Notes: a model not told the origin generated them from the letters alone. A stretch of DNA of 64,000 nt from Methanothrix sp. (GCA_037128175.1 JBAXWY010000005.1:32001-96000), one strand, 5' to 3'; numbered from the stretch's first letter, positions 41,168 through 50,647 are shown. Made by a program: numbers and translations.

Positions 41168-41788
41168 CTACTTGAAGAATAGATATGTATCTACTACTAC
41201 ATTTATACTTAGTCCTGCGTCGCTGAGTCTTTTATCAAGCAATGTCTTGCTCTCTTGACATGACACATACGCTTTATTTATATACTTAGGATCTACTTTA
41301 TCCAAAACCAGCACCTCTGCGCACTTGATAGAGACATGCTCGTATTTTTCAATGGGATCTGGTTGATTCCAGTATCTGGCAAAGACTCTGTCTTTATCTA
41401 CCATCAAAAGCCCATCCGGTATATGCGCGAAGCGAGCGTAATCACTTGAAGCATTACGATCGCTGACAACTACTCCTGGTAGATCAATCACCTCAGGGCT
41501 GATGCTCAGAACGCAAATTTCGGTGTATCCGCAACTGAATGCAAGTTTGAACAACATGGGATTTCTGCCGCAGATATACAGATTCACATAGTCGTGCAAA
41601 GCTTTGCCCTGCGGAAGGGATTTGGTTTTCCGCTTTTTTTGGACAACCTCCGAGGCAACTGATTTATGGGGGAGCCTCGTAGATAGAGCATTGGAGAGAA
41701 TTCCTCTTTGAATAATTGAGATGATATTATCAAAATGGACGATGTAATGCAGTTCCGCAAGGTCTTCACGCCTCATGCCCATCCTCAT
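41168..41788 (-). CDS. darT: DarT DNA ADP-ribosyltransferase toxin (DUF4433)
   Basis: LHYIVHFDNI..I...GILS, LHDYVNLY..RNPML, SDRNASS and AEVLV catalytic Glu; directly upstream of darG. Confidence 0.9.
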   Translation of the reverse strand: MRMGMRREDLAELHYIVHFDNIISIIQRGILSNALSTRLPHKSVASEVVQKKRKTKSLPQGKALHDYVNLYICGRNPMLFKLAFSCGYTEICVLSISPEVIDLPGVVVSDRNASSDYARFAHIPDGLLMVDKDRVFARYWNQPDPIEKYEHVSIKCAEVLVLDKVDPKYINKAYVSCQESKTLLDKRLSDAGLSINVVVDTYLFFK

Positions 41789-41862
41789 CCAGTAATTTTT
41801 TCAAATTGAATCTCTCATAAATTCTCGAACTCTTAAATATTGTCCTCGGCGGATGCAAATAG

Positions 41863-41995
41863 TTTGGCTCTTCGCTATTTCCAGTAGCTAACCTGAGTTT
41901 ATCTTTTCCAGTTTTTAGTTCGTCTCTGTGCGTCCTCTGTGAGCTCTGTGTCTCTGTGGTGAAAACGTCGTTAGACGCTGGTTGTAGCCAAATGG
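41863..41995 (-). repeat. Full copy of the ACAGAG repeat, inverted relative to 36251-36374
   Basis: TTTGGCTCTTCGCTATTT...TTAGTTCGTCTCTGTGCG...GTCGTTAG..CTGGTT...CCAAATGG. Confidence 0.88.
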
Positions 41996-42073
41996 TTACA
42001 AACTCCCATCATAGTGGAATGGATTTATGTCATTTCCTACTCGACATGATGATCTGCGAGCCGCTGCTGTCCC

Positions 42074-42199
42074 TCAAACCTGCCAGATCTCTCGCGGCAT
42101 ATTGGTGAGGCTCACGGCTCCGCCCGGCGTGGTCAAGAAGGTGTCCTCTATTCCCAGCACACCCTTGTCAGGATAGATTATCTTGGGCTCGATGGCAAC
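42074..42199 (-). pseudogene. Orphan 3' fragment of an M24 Xaa-Pro peptidase
   Basis: VAIEPKIIYPDKGVLGIEDTFLTTPGGAVSLTNMPREIWQV* with no upstream coding part. Confidence 0.75.
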
Positions 42200-42461
42200 T
42201 CAAGTTGGACTAATAATCTCTCGAGAGATATTAGCCACATGAGATGACGCAGTGTGACCCAAGAGCAGATCATAAATGGGAAAACAATATATACATCCTC
42301 GAATACATGCTTAAGTTAAAGTATTAGATGGATGATTTATGGGCTGCAGAGGGAGAAGATGGCTCAGCCGGGAGCCGGGCGCAAAGATTAATGGAGCGAA
42401 ACTTTCAACACCCTATTGCGAAGAAAGCTGCTAACTCATGAGATGCGAGTGGAGGTAACCT

Positions 42462-45400
42462 TTGTACATTAAAGAGGTCGAACTCAAAAACTTCAAGTCA
42501 TTCGGCAAGAGCGTCAGGGTTCCTCTGAAGAACGATTTTGTGACCGTTACCGGGCCCAACGGTAGCGGCAAGTCCAATATCGTTGATGCTCTGCTCTTTG
42601 CCCTTTGCCTGTCCAGCTCGCGGGCCATGCGCGCGGAGAGGTTGCCCGACCTCATCTACCGGGGCGATAACGGCAAGAATCCGGACTTTGCCCAGGTTAC
42701 TGTTAAACTGGACAATACCAGCCGCCTCTTTCCCCTGGATCAAGATATCATTGAGGTGTCCAGGAAGATAAAGGTCAAAGGCGACAAATATGCTTCTTCT
42801 TATTATTTTAATGGAAAGTCCTGCGGCCAGGGTGAACTACAGGATTTGCTGGCCAAGGCAGGCATAACCCCGGAGAGCTACAACATTGTCATGCAGGGCG
42901 ATGTGACGCGCATCATCGAGATGACTCCAGTCGATCGCAGAAAGATCATAGATGAGATTGCCGGCGTCGCCGAGTTTGATGAAAAGAAGAAGAAGGCCAT
43001 GGAAGAGCTGGATGTGGTGCGAGAGCGCATTGGTCGCGTCGATGTGATTTTAGAGGAGGTTGCCTCCCAGCTCGCCCGGCTTAAGGCGGAGCGCGACCGG
43101 GCCCATTCTTACCAGGCGCACCGGGAGGAGCTCAAGAGACAGGAGGCTTTTCTGCTCCTGGCCAGGCTAAGAGAAGCATCAACGGAGCTGGCAAGCCTTG
43201 ATGAAGAGATCAATTCTCTTGATGTCAAGAATCAGACACTTCTGGAAAGGTCGGCTGGCAAGAAAACTGAGCTTTCAACACTTGATGAGAAGCTGCGATC
43301 CATTAGCTCGGAGATCACCCACAAAGGAGAGGATGAGCAGATCTCTGTTAAACGCAGGATCGAGGAGCTGAAAGGGGAAATCTCCCGTGAAGCGGCTCGC
43401 ATCGAGATGACGGAAAAGGCCATATCTGAGATGGATGGGCAACAGAAGACCTGCTTCATTCAGACGGGGAACCTCTGTGCGGAAACTGAATCTTTAGCCG
43501 AAAAGATAAGGGACGCAAGTCTACGCGGCGCCAGCCTGCGAGGGGAACTGGATGATCAGATAGAGCTTCTGGGAGTGGCACAGTCCAGCCTGTCCCAGGC
43601 GGATGCCAAGTTCTCCCTGCTGCGGGATGATCTGGCCCGCGTCCGGCAGATTCGGGAAGAGTCCAAAACGAAGCTAGGCGACCTGGTACGGGACAGGGAC
43701 CGGCTGCTTGATGCCACGAGGCGGGGCGGCTTGGAAAGGGAAGAGCTTTCCTCCGGCATCAAAGAGGCACTTGACACCCTGGCAGGCCTCGATCATGAGA
43801 CGGAGAAGCTGAAAGTGGAGTTGGCTGCCTTGAACAGTCAGGCCATGGTCATGGAGCGGGACCGTGATGACCTGGAGAGCCTGCGCCTGCGGCTTCGCCG
43901 GGAGATCTCTGAGGCGGAAAGAGAGATGCAAAGGCTGCAGGGAGAGTTTGCCAAGAGCGACGGGCGGATGAGGGCTGCCGAGGACAAGGCCGGATACAGC
44001 CGGGCGGTGGAGGCGATTCGCTCTGCTATCAAGAGGCAGATGTTGCAGGGCCTTTACGGAACCATTGCGGAGCTTGGCAACGTGGCATCGCGCTACTCTT
44101 CGGCTCTTGAGGTGGCGGCGGGAGCGCGCCTGCAGAGCATTGTGGCCGACAATGATCTGGATGCCTCTGCTGCCATTGAGTACCTGAAGAGGTCGCAGAT
44201 CGGTCGGGCCACCTTTTTGCCTTTGAACAAGCTGGACAAAGGCAGCCTCTCCACCCGGCCTAATCATGCGGGTGTGGTGGATTATGCCCTCAATCTGGTG
44301 GACTATGATGCCAAGTACCTGGCCGCATTCTGGTACGTCTTCCGGGATACCCTGGTAGTAGAGAGCCTGGTTTTTGCCCGTCCGCTCATGGGCCGGTATC
44401 GTATGGTCACCTTGGAAGGGGACCTGGTGGAGAAGTCCGGAGCCATGACCGGCGGCCACTATCGCTCCAAGATGAAGTTTGCGGCAGAAGAGAAGACGAA
44501 GCTTTTGGAGCTGTCCGAGAAGATCGCCAATGCGGAAAGCGATCGCACCACAAGGCTCGATAAGCTGGATAGAATCGAAGAGCAGATCTCCCGCCTCTCT
44601 CGTGAGGTGGAGGATCTGAATCGGGTTATATCCAAGAAGACCTTCCAGATAGACGAAATCGTCTCTTCGAGACCGCGCCTGGATAAGTCCATTTTAGAGA
44701 AGCGAGAGCGTCTGCTGGCCATGGAAGGCGAGTCTTTAAGCTTCAAGGAACAGCTTGGCCTTCTGGAAGGCGAGATCAGGGTCTCAGAAGAAACATTAGC
44801 TGATGTGCAGCAGAAGATCGACAAATTGGATGGCGAGCTGAAGGGCTCGGAAATTCCCGGACTGAACAAAAAGACGGATGCTGCCAGTTTGGAGATCAAG
44901 CGTCTGCAGGAAAGGCTTAATGGCATTGATGCCGAGATTCTCAAGGACAAGATCCGAGAGGAAGGCGGCAGAGAGAAGCTGGCCGAGCTTGCAGCAAGAA
45001 GAGAATCACTGGACGGCCAAAAGGCGGAGGCGCTGGCCAAAAAAGATACTGCAGCCGCGCTTATCGTGGGCCTTAATAAGTTGCTCGCACTCTCCCAGGC
45101 ACGCGAGGCGGAGATTGAGGGAGAGCTGCACGGCCTGAAAGGGGTGCGTGGAGAGCTTCTGGAAAAGACGCTGGCCCTGCAAAGAGAGATAGATCTGGCG
45201 GAGAGGGAGGGGGACAGAATCGAGGCCCGCAAGAATGCCACGATCTCTGCCCGAGAATCCATCTTTTACAAAGTCAATGATTTACGCATGCAAATTGAGG
45301 GCTCGGGCGTTGACTCCTTTGAGGAGCCGCCCAATCGCGAGACGGTGGCCGAGAAGATCAAAGCTCTGGAAAAGGCCATGCGGGATCTGGAGCCGGTGAA

Positions 45401-45977
45401 CATGCTGGCCATCCAGGAGTATGACCATGTCAAGACCCGCTACGACTTCCTGGCAGAGAGGAGGGCTACTCTCTCCAGCGAACGGGAAGCGATCATCGAC
45501 AAGCTGGAAAAATATGATCTGATGAAGAGGGAGGCATTCCTGGCCAGCTTCACTGAGATCAACAAGAACTTCAATCAGATCTTCCGGGAGCTTTCCAACG
45601 GCGAAGGCGATCTGATCCTGGAAAATCTAGACGACCCACTGGCGGCAGGCATGACCATCAAGGCTCGACCTGCCGGCAAGTCCTTCCATCGCCTGGAGGC
45701 CATGTCCGGCGGGGAGAAGAGCCTTACTGCCCTCTCATTTATCTTCTCTATTCAGATGTACCGGCCTGCCCCCTTCTATGCCATGGATGAGATCGACATG
45801 TTCCTGGATGGTGCCAATGTGGAGCGGGTGGCCAAATTAATCAAGAAGATCTCTTCCAAGGCCCAGTTCATAGTAGTGTCCTTACGTAAGCCCATGATAC
45901 TGCAGTCCAAGTACACATTGGGAGTGACCATGCAGGAGAACAACATCACCACCGTGACCGGCATCTGCACAAGCTGA
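42462..45977 (+). CDS. smc: Chromosome segregation protein SMC
   Basis: NFKSF, GPNGSGKSN, hinge GRATFLPL..GAMTGG, MSGGEKS and MDEID. Confidence 0.98.
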   Translation: MYIKEVELKNFKSFGKSVRVPLKNDFVTVTGPNGSGKSNIVDALLFALCLSSSRAMRAERLPDLIYRGDNGKNPDFAQVTVKLDNTSRLFPLDQDIIEVSRKIKVKGDKYASSYYFNGKSCGQGELQDLLAKAGITPESYNIVMQGDVTRIIEMTPVDRRKIIDEIAGVAEFDEKKKKAMEELDVVRERIGRVDVILEEVASQLARLKAERDRAHSYQAHREELKRQEAFLLLARLREASTELASLDEEINSLDVKNQTLLERSAGKKTELSTLDEKLRSISSEITHKGEDEQISVKRRIEELKGEISREAARIEMTEKAISEMDGQQKTCFIQTGNLCAETESLAEKIRDASLRGASLRGELDDQIELLGVAQSSLSQADAKFSLLRDDLARVRQIREESKTKLGDLVRDRDRLLDATRRGGLEREELSSGIKEALDTLAGLDHETEKLKVELAALNSQAMVMERDRDDLESLRLRLRREISEAEREMQRLQGEFAKSDGRMRAAEDKAGYSRAVEAIRSAIKRQMLQGLYGTIAELGNVASRYSSALEVAAGARLQSIVADNDLDASAAIEYLKRSQIGRATFLPLNKLDKGSLSTRPNHAGVVDYALNLVDYDAKYLAAFWYVFRDTLVVESLVFARPLMGRYRMVTLEGDLVEKSGAMTGGHYRSKMKFAAEEKTKLLELSEKIANAESDRTTRLDKLDRIEEQISRLSREVEDLNRVISKKTFQIDEIVSSRPRLDKSILEKRERLLAMEGESLSFKEQLGLLEGEIRVSEETLADVQQKIDKLDGELKGSEIPGLNKKTDAASLEIKRLQERLNGIDAEILKDKIREEGGREKLAELAARRESLDGQKAEALAKKDTAAALIVGLNKLLALSQAREAEIEGELHGLKGVRGELLEKTLALQREIDLAEREGDRIEARKNATISARESIFYKVNDLRMQIEGSGVDSFEEPPNRETVAEKIKALEKAMRDLEPVNMLAIQEYDHVKTRYDFLAERRATLSSEREAIIDKLEKYDLMKREAFLASFTEINKNFNQIFRELSNGEGDLILENLDDPLAAGMTIKARPAGKSFHRLEAMSGGEKSLTALSFIFSIQMYRPAPFYAMDEIDMFLDGANVERVAKLIKKISSKAQFIVVSLRKPMILQSKYTLGVTMQENNITTVTGICTS

Positions 45978-45984
45978 GGCGAAA

Positions 45985-46650
45985 ATGAGCGACGAGGAAT
46001 TCGAATTCGGTGAACCGGCCGAGGTTTTAGTGGAGCTGGCCAAGAGAGGAGAGATCGATCCCTGGGATATCGACATCGCCAAGGCCACAGAGAAGTTCTT
46101 GCAGTACATCGACTCCCTGGAGAAGAGGGATCTGCGCATTCCCGCCAGAACTCTGCTTTACGCCAGCATCCTCTTACGCATGAAGTCCGACTCCATGGAA
46201 GGGCAGAAGGAGGAGGAGCCCGAGCCGGAGATGGAGGAGATCGAAGACGAGCAGGAAGATGAGATCGAAGAGAATCTGCCTCGCCCTCCAGTGAGAAGGC
46301 TCACCAAGCGGCCTGTAACTCTGGACGAGCTGATCTCAGAGCTTAAGAAGGCAGAGATGGTGGGCAGAAGGAAGGCCATGCGAGAGAGGTGGCCAAGCGT
46401 CGAGGAAAAAGTCCTGGATGTGTCCCACGACGAGGGAATCGAGGACAGAATCAAGGCGCTAGGACCCATCTTGGACGACATGTTCATGGAGACGAAGACC
46501 ATTACCTTCCAGGATATAAACAGCAAAAACGTCAAGACTGAGGATGGGGTTACCAACTACGTCTCACTGCTCTTCATGGCCCAGAGAAAACAGGTCTGGC
46601 TGGAGCAAGAGGAGATCTTCGGAGACCTGTTTGTGAGCAGGCATGCGTAG
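45985..46650 (+). CDS. scpA: Segregation/condensation protein A (kleisin)
   Basis: IDPWDIDI, LLRMKS and LEQEEIFGDL. Confidence 0.93.
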   Translation: MSDEEFEFGEPAEVLVELAKRGEIDPWDIDIAKATEKFLQYIDSLEKRDLRIPARTLLYASILLRMKSDSMEGQKEEEPEPEMEEIEDEQEDEIEENLPRPPVRRLTKRPVTLDELISELKKAEMVGRRKAMRERWPSVEEKVLDVSHDEGIEDRIKALGPILDDMFMETKTITFQDINSKNVKTEDGVTNYVSLLFMAQRKQVWLEQEEIFGDLFVSRHA

Positions 46651-46812
46651 TGGGGAGGAGCAGCTTCCTTAGTCATCATATCTCCGCCAATCTTTTCCGT
46701 TATCCAAGAGCAACGGCAAGGCCGGATCGCCTCGACCGCCTCCAGGCATGCGCCCGTGCGTGGGTCTTGTTTATTATTATACAATAATTATAATCGTAGA
46801 ATTACGAATATA

Positions 46813-46854
46813 ACCGCAGAGACGCAGAGCGCGCGGAGGACGAACGAACGGAGA
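46813..46854 (+). repeat. Partial ACAGAG repeat copy
   Basis: 37/42 identical to 10560-10601. Confidence 0.75.
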
Positions 46855-47120
46855 CGTCTAAGGACGAAAGCTCTCTTTTCTGGACATCGAGGTAGAAGGC
46901 AAGCCCCTGGCTTCCGGCAATCTCGGCTAAAAAGGTTATCAAGAATGAAGCAGGCGAGGCTAGAGTGAAAGGAATTTATTGCCGCCTTGAAGGAATAACC
47001 AAAGGTCACGGCAAGCCCTCGCATGCTGCAGCCAGGGGCGCGCGCCCATGCGTGGGGGCCCGGTGGCGCATGGGGGAGCAGGGGCGACGGAGTACGCGGG
47101 CATGAGGTGTTTTCGCCGAC

Positions 47121-47285
47121 TTAAACTTCCTCTTTTTTGGATGGATTGGCTGTGAGCTTACTAAGAATTAAAACGGTTGCTGAAGTTGCCAGATCGGAAG
47201 GCATTAAAATAATGTCTTGGGCAGATTTACTAAACTTCGTTTTCATAAGGACGCTGTAAAGCACATTTGTATCGACGAAAATCAC
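47121..47285 (-). pseudogene. Truncated PIN/VapC toxin
   Basis: GTG overlapping the antitoxin stop; reads IFVDTNVLY... and stops after about 54 codons. Confidence 0.7.
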
Positions 47286-47473
47286 ATCTGGGCCTCTTCT
47301 TCAAACGTTTCAAACTCTTCCATAGAACCTTCGCCGAATGCTCCGCAGAATTTAGAGATGTCGAATTTTTTTACAGTAAGCTTCAATTTCTCTCCCTCTC
47401 TAAAGTCAACCTCTTGCAGCGGCCTTAAGACACCACGTTCATAAACGCATTCTATGGTCTTAGATGCACTCAT
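47282..47473 (-). CDS. AF2212/DUF104 family antitoxin
   Basis: TIECVYERGVLRPLQEVDFREGEKL. Confidence 0.85.
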   Translation of the reverse strand: MSASKTIECVYERGVLRPLQEVDFREGEKLKLTVKKFDISKFCGAFGEGSMEEFETFEEEAQM

Positions 47474-47526
47474 AATTTTGCCTTCTGTTTTAATGGACTC
47501 GTACCAGAAGGCAAGTCCTCTAGCAT

Positions 47527-47724
47527 CTATTCCTCCGAAAAAGTGCATTCGTCGCTATCTGCGATGTCTCTGGCTATGGCTGGATCAAGCTTGATTATTC
47601 CTTTTGTACTTCTAACCGAGTTGCCAATCTCGATATCAACCTCTTCGCCCGGCTGGAGATTAAGATCCATTAGCGGCTTTAGAACACAATTTTCGTAGAT
47701 AGCCCTCGTCCTCATCTTTATCAT
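47527..47724 (-). CDS. AF2212/DUF104 family antitoxin
   Basis: RAIYENCVLKPLMDLNLQPGEEV. Confidence 0.8.
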   Translation of the reverse strand: MIKMRTRAIYENCVLKPLMDLNLQPGEEVDIEIGNSVRSTKGIIKLDPAIARDIADSDECTFSEE

Positions 47725-47808
47725 ATCATCATTGGAATTGGAGTTATAAATGGTTTTGGAACAACTCAGAAAAAAAAAACTAGAATAACTTGGTTAAAGA
47801 ATCTGCAT

Positions 47809-48100
47809 GGCAGTCATTCAAAAGCTTTTTCCCGTTTGCCGCCGCTAAGCCGTCATCGGGAGGATAATAGTAATTGACCTTGAGCCACAAGTCTCCAAAT
47901 CTCATTTTAAAGTCCTGCGTTGCCGTTCCGATCTCCCTCATCAGCCCGGAGCCCCGTTCCCATGCCAGGCCCCGTTCGCTTTTGCCCCGATAATCCCCAT
48001 CCTATCTTCCAGATGAGGACCGAGCTGGTCTGGGATGGCAAGAATGACGAGTACGGCCGCCGTAGCGTGGGACGAAGGCAGGAGCGGCCTGCCCCGGGCA
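47809..48100 (+). repeat. Degenerate direct repeat copy 1 (upstream region + type III mod/res fusion remnant)
   Basis: Colinear with 48869-49158, sharing GGAGGATAATAGTAATTGA and GGTCTGGGATGGCAAGAATGACGAGTACGGCCGCCG. Confidence 0.85.
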
Positions 48101-48199
48101 GAAGATCGAGATCGTGGACCGCAGCCCCGGGAGTGAGGCTCTCGCCTCCGGCCAGACCACTTAACCACTTATAACCTTCATTCTCCATATGGGTCTTCT

Positions 48200-48820
48200 T
48201 CAGAGCCCGACCTTTGCCTTTATCTGGGAGACGTCTGATTCTATTCTCATTAACCTCTCGTCAATGGTTTCTTTCATATCAGAGCGTAGCTCTCTAATCT
48301 CGTCCACAATTGTTTCACTTGATTCTCTGATATCTACACGCGTCTCCTTCAGTTCTTCACGAGTGGCTTTGATCTCGCTCTTGAGATCTTCACGCGTCTC
48401 TTTCAGTTCTTCGCGAGTGGCTTTGATCTCGCTCTTGAGATCTTCACGCGTCGCTTTCAGTTCTATCAAAATTTCTTTATTAACAACGATTAGCTCGGTG
48501 AGCTTTTCTGCTGCTACATCAAGCCTCTGATCCGTCTCGCCTCCGCCGGATACAACCTTGAAGAAACCTTCAAAATCGCCTGTTGAAGAAGAATATTCCT
48601 TCTTGATGTCGACCACATGGATTAATGTGTTTTTGATATCAAGTGCTCGGAGCAAGATCTCAAGGTCGATGCTCTCGCCTTCAGCCACCACTTTCACTCG
48701 CCCGTCCTCTAAGTTCTGTACATATCCTTTCAGCCTTAAATTCTGAGCAATGGTGACAACTCTTGCCCTGTAGCCGGACTTCTGTACCTTGCCGGAGACG
48801 TAAGCGATTAGCCTCTGCAT
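48200..48820 (-). CDS. Acylphosphatase domain protein with repetitive coiled-coil tail
   Basis: VSGKVQKSGYR, GYVQNLEDGRVKVVAEG; 18-aa tandem repeat TREDLKSEIKATREELKE. Confidence 0.85.
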   Translation of the reverse strand: MQRLIAYVSGKVQKSGYRARVVTIAQNLRLKGYVQNLEDGRVKVVAEGESIDLEILLRALDIKNTLIHVVDIKKEYSSSTGDFEGFFKVVSGGGETDQRLDVAAEKLTELIVVNKEILIELKATREDLKSEIKATREELKETREDLKSEIKATREELKETRVDIRESSETIVDEIRELRSDMKETIDERLMRIESDVSQIKAKVGL

Positions 48821-48868
48821 CACATTCCTTCGTAGCTCTCTTTTTATATAAACGTTAACCTCTTGGCA

Positions 48869-49158
48869 GGCAGTCATGCAAAAGCTTTTTCCCGTTTGCC
48901 GCCAGAAAGCCGTGATCAGGAGGATAATAGTAATTGATGCTCTGTCCCAAGTTCCAAAAGCTCGCCATACAGTTCTCTTCATTTTCCCTGATCACCTTTC
49001 CCAGCCCGGAGCCCCGTCCCCATGCCTGACCCCGTTCGCTTTTTCCCGGACAATCCCTCCTCTCCCAGATGAGGACATAGTCCGGTCTGGGATGGCAAGA
49101 ATGACGAGTACGGCCGCCGCCGCAGCGTGGGACGAAGGCCGGAGCATCTACCCCGGGC
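48869..49158 (+). repeat. Degenerate direct repeat copy 2
   Basis: Colinear with 47809-48100. Confidence 0.85.
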
Positions 49159-49945
49159 GGCAGATGCCTGGGTAGCGTGCGCCTCGCACAGCAGCCTGGA
49201 GTGGAGCTATCTTTACGTTCCCCAGGAAGTCTTTGCCAAGATCGATGACATCCGCCTGGAGACGCTCGAATCTCTCTGCGAGCCCGCCAAGCAGAGCCTG
49301 ATTCAAGAGAAGATTGAGGCCCCACTGAGCCTGGAAAAAGGCAATTTGGAAAAGCTCACCACGGACGAGTTTATCGTAGAAAAAGAACTCAATCTGTTGC
49401 CGCCCAAATGCAAGAAAGGCATACAGGAAGCCATCGCTCTCTTCACGTTCCTGGAAAAGAAGAGCGATGTCTCCTATGCCGCCGTCTTCACGCCTCTCCT
49501 GGGCTCCATTGATGAAGCTGCCAGGGCCTTCATCATCTCCGCCCTGAAAGAGTCCATTCCTGAAGACTCCAAGAAACGGGAGCGCTTCTTCGAGCCGGAT
49601 CTCACCGTCCTTCATCCCCGCGACCAGAGCTTTTACAAGAGGCAAGAGAATAACCTGAAGAGGACGCTCATCGAGAATGACTGTGTCATGCCCATGGGGC
49701 TCTTGAAGTGGTGCCTGGATTATGCCAAAAATCCAAAAACGCCTCCTGGCGGGATATTCTCTGCGGTAAAGGCTGCATTTGTCGAAGCGGCAAAAACGGA
49801 TTTACTGGATACGGTTGACAGAATCTATTCCTTCCGCAACGAGTACATCGCCCATCAGGAAAAGGAGCTTGTGGACAGAGAGGTGGCGAGGCAAGCAATG
49901 GTGGACTGGATCTTTGGCTTGAGGCGGATCTGGCGGGCAGAATAA
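49127..49945 (+). pseudogene. C-terminal remnant of a type III restriction (Res)-like subunit with HEPN-like domain
   Basis: AA.AW...S....WSYLYVPQEVF resembles the Res nuclease end; RNEYIAH resembles a HEPN motif; no helicase part. Confidence 0.55.
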
Positions 49946-50149
49946 TTAATCCGACGCTGATGTAGGATTTGAAGGGAAGTGATTATCTCTTGAACACCAT
50001 TGACCAATGCAGAGATTTCTCTTCCCGAAGAGCTAAGTTATTAAGCTAAGAGAACAAAAGAAGCACTCCAAAATTCGTATCGCTCGGAAAAAGCATTTAT
50101 ACTTGTTTCTGCGTAAGGGTTCTGGTTTGTTCCTTATCATCTCGGAGGA

Positions 50150-50623
50150 TTGAAGGATTTGACAACTGTTTACGACGTACCTCCCCATGACTTGATAGCT
50201 GCCGTAGCCGAAGAGCTAAAGGCGGCAGGCAAGGTTCAGCCCCCGGAATGGGCTGAGTTTGCTAAGACTGGGGTAAATAGGGAGATGCCGCCCACAAACC
50301 CCGACTGGTGGTTTGTGCGGTGCGCATCAGTACTGCGCAGAATATATATCGACGGCCCGGTGGGCGTTTCCCGCCTTAGAAGCTTCTACGGCGGAAAGCA
50401 TCGCAAGGGTGTAGCTACAGGATTCTTCTGCAAGGGCAGCGGCTCAGTAGCAAGAGAGTCCCTGCAGCAGCTGGAGAAGGCCGGCTACGTGAAGAAGCTA
50501 AAGAAAGGGCGCCAAATGACCCCCGCGGGTCAGGCATACCTTGATGGGGTAGCCCATAAGGTGAGAAGCCAGATGCAAGGCTCGGCGGCACCTGCAGCAG
50601 AACCTGCTGCCGATTCGGCATAA
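50150..50623 (+). CDS. rps19e: 30S ribosomal protein S19e
   Basis: TTVYDVP, PEWAEFAKTG, DWWFVRCASVLR and LQQLEKAG. Confidence 0.97.
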   Translation: MKDLTTVYDVPPHDLIAAVAEELKAAGKVQPPEWAEFAKTGVNREMPPTNPDWWFVRCASVLRRIYIDGPVGVSRLRSFYGGKHRKGVATGFFCKGSGSVARESLQQLEKAGYVKKLKKGRQMTPAGQAYLDGVAHKVRSQMQGSAAPAAEPAADSA

Positions 50624-50647
50624 AGCTTAGCGAGGACTGAAAAAAGT

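Noticed and set aside
42462-46650. SMC-ScpA as a Wadjet/Mks defence system next to darTG
   Set aside because: Canonical hinge-containing SMC and kleisin with host-like composition; no JetD/MksG nuclease.
3835-46854. ACAGAG repeats as a CRISPR array or integron attC sites
   Set aside because: Copies are kilobases apart with no regular spacers or cas genes. A GTTAG core is present, but the body is not self-complementary as attC requires, and no integrase is seen.
46860-47110. GC-rich stretch as ncRNA or gene remnant
   Set aside because: No recognisable RNA family motif or convincing protein similarity by eye.
48820-48982. 54-aa N-terminal extension of the acylphosphatase in the ORF track
   Set aside because: It runs through the direct repeat and an AT-rich promoter-like stretch; the domain begins at the ATG at 48820.
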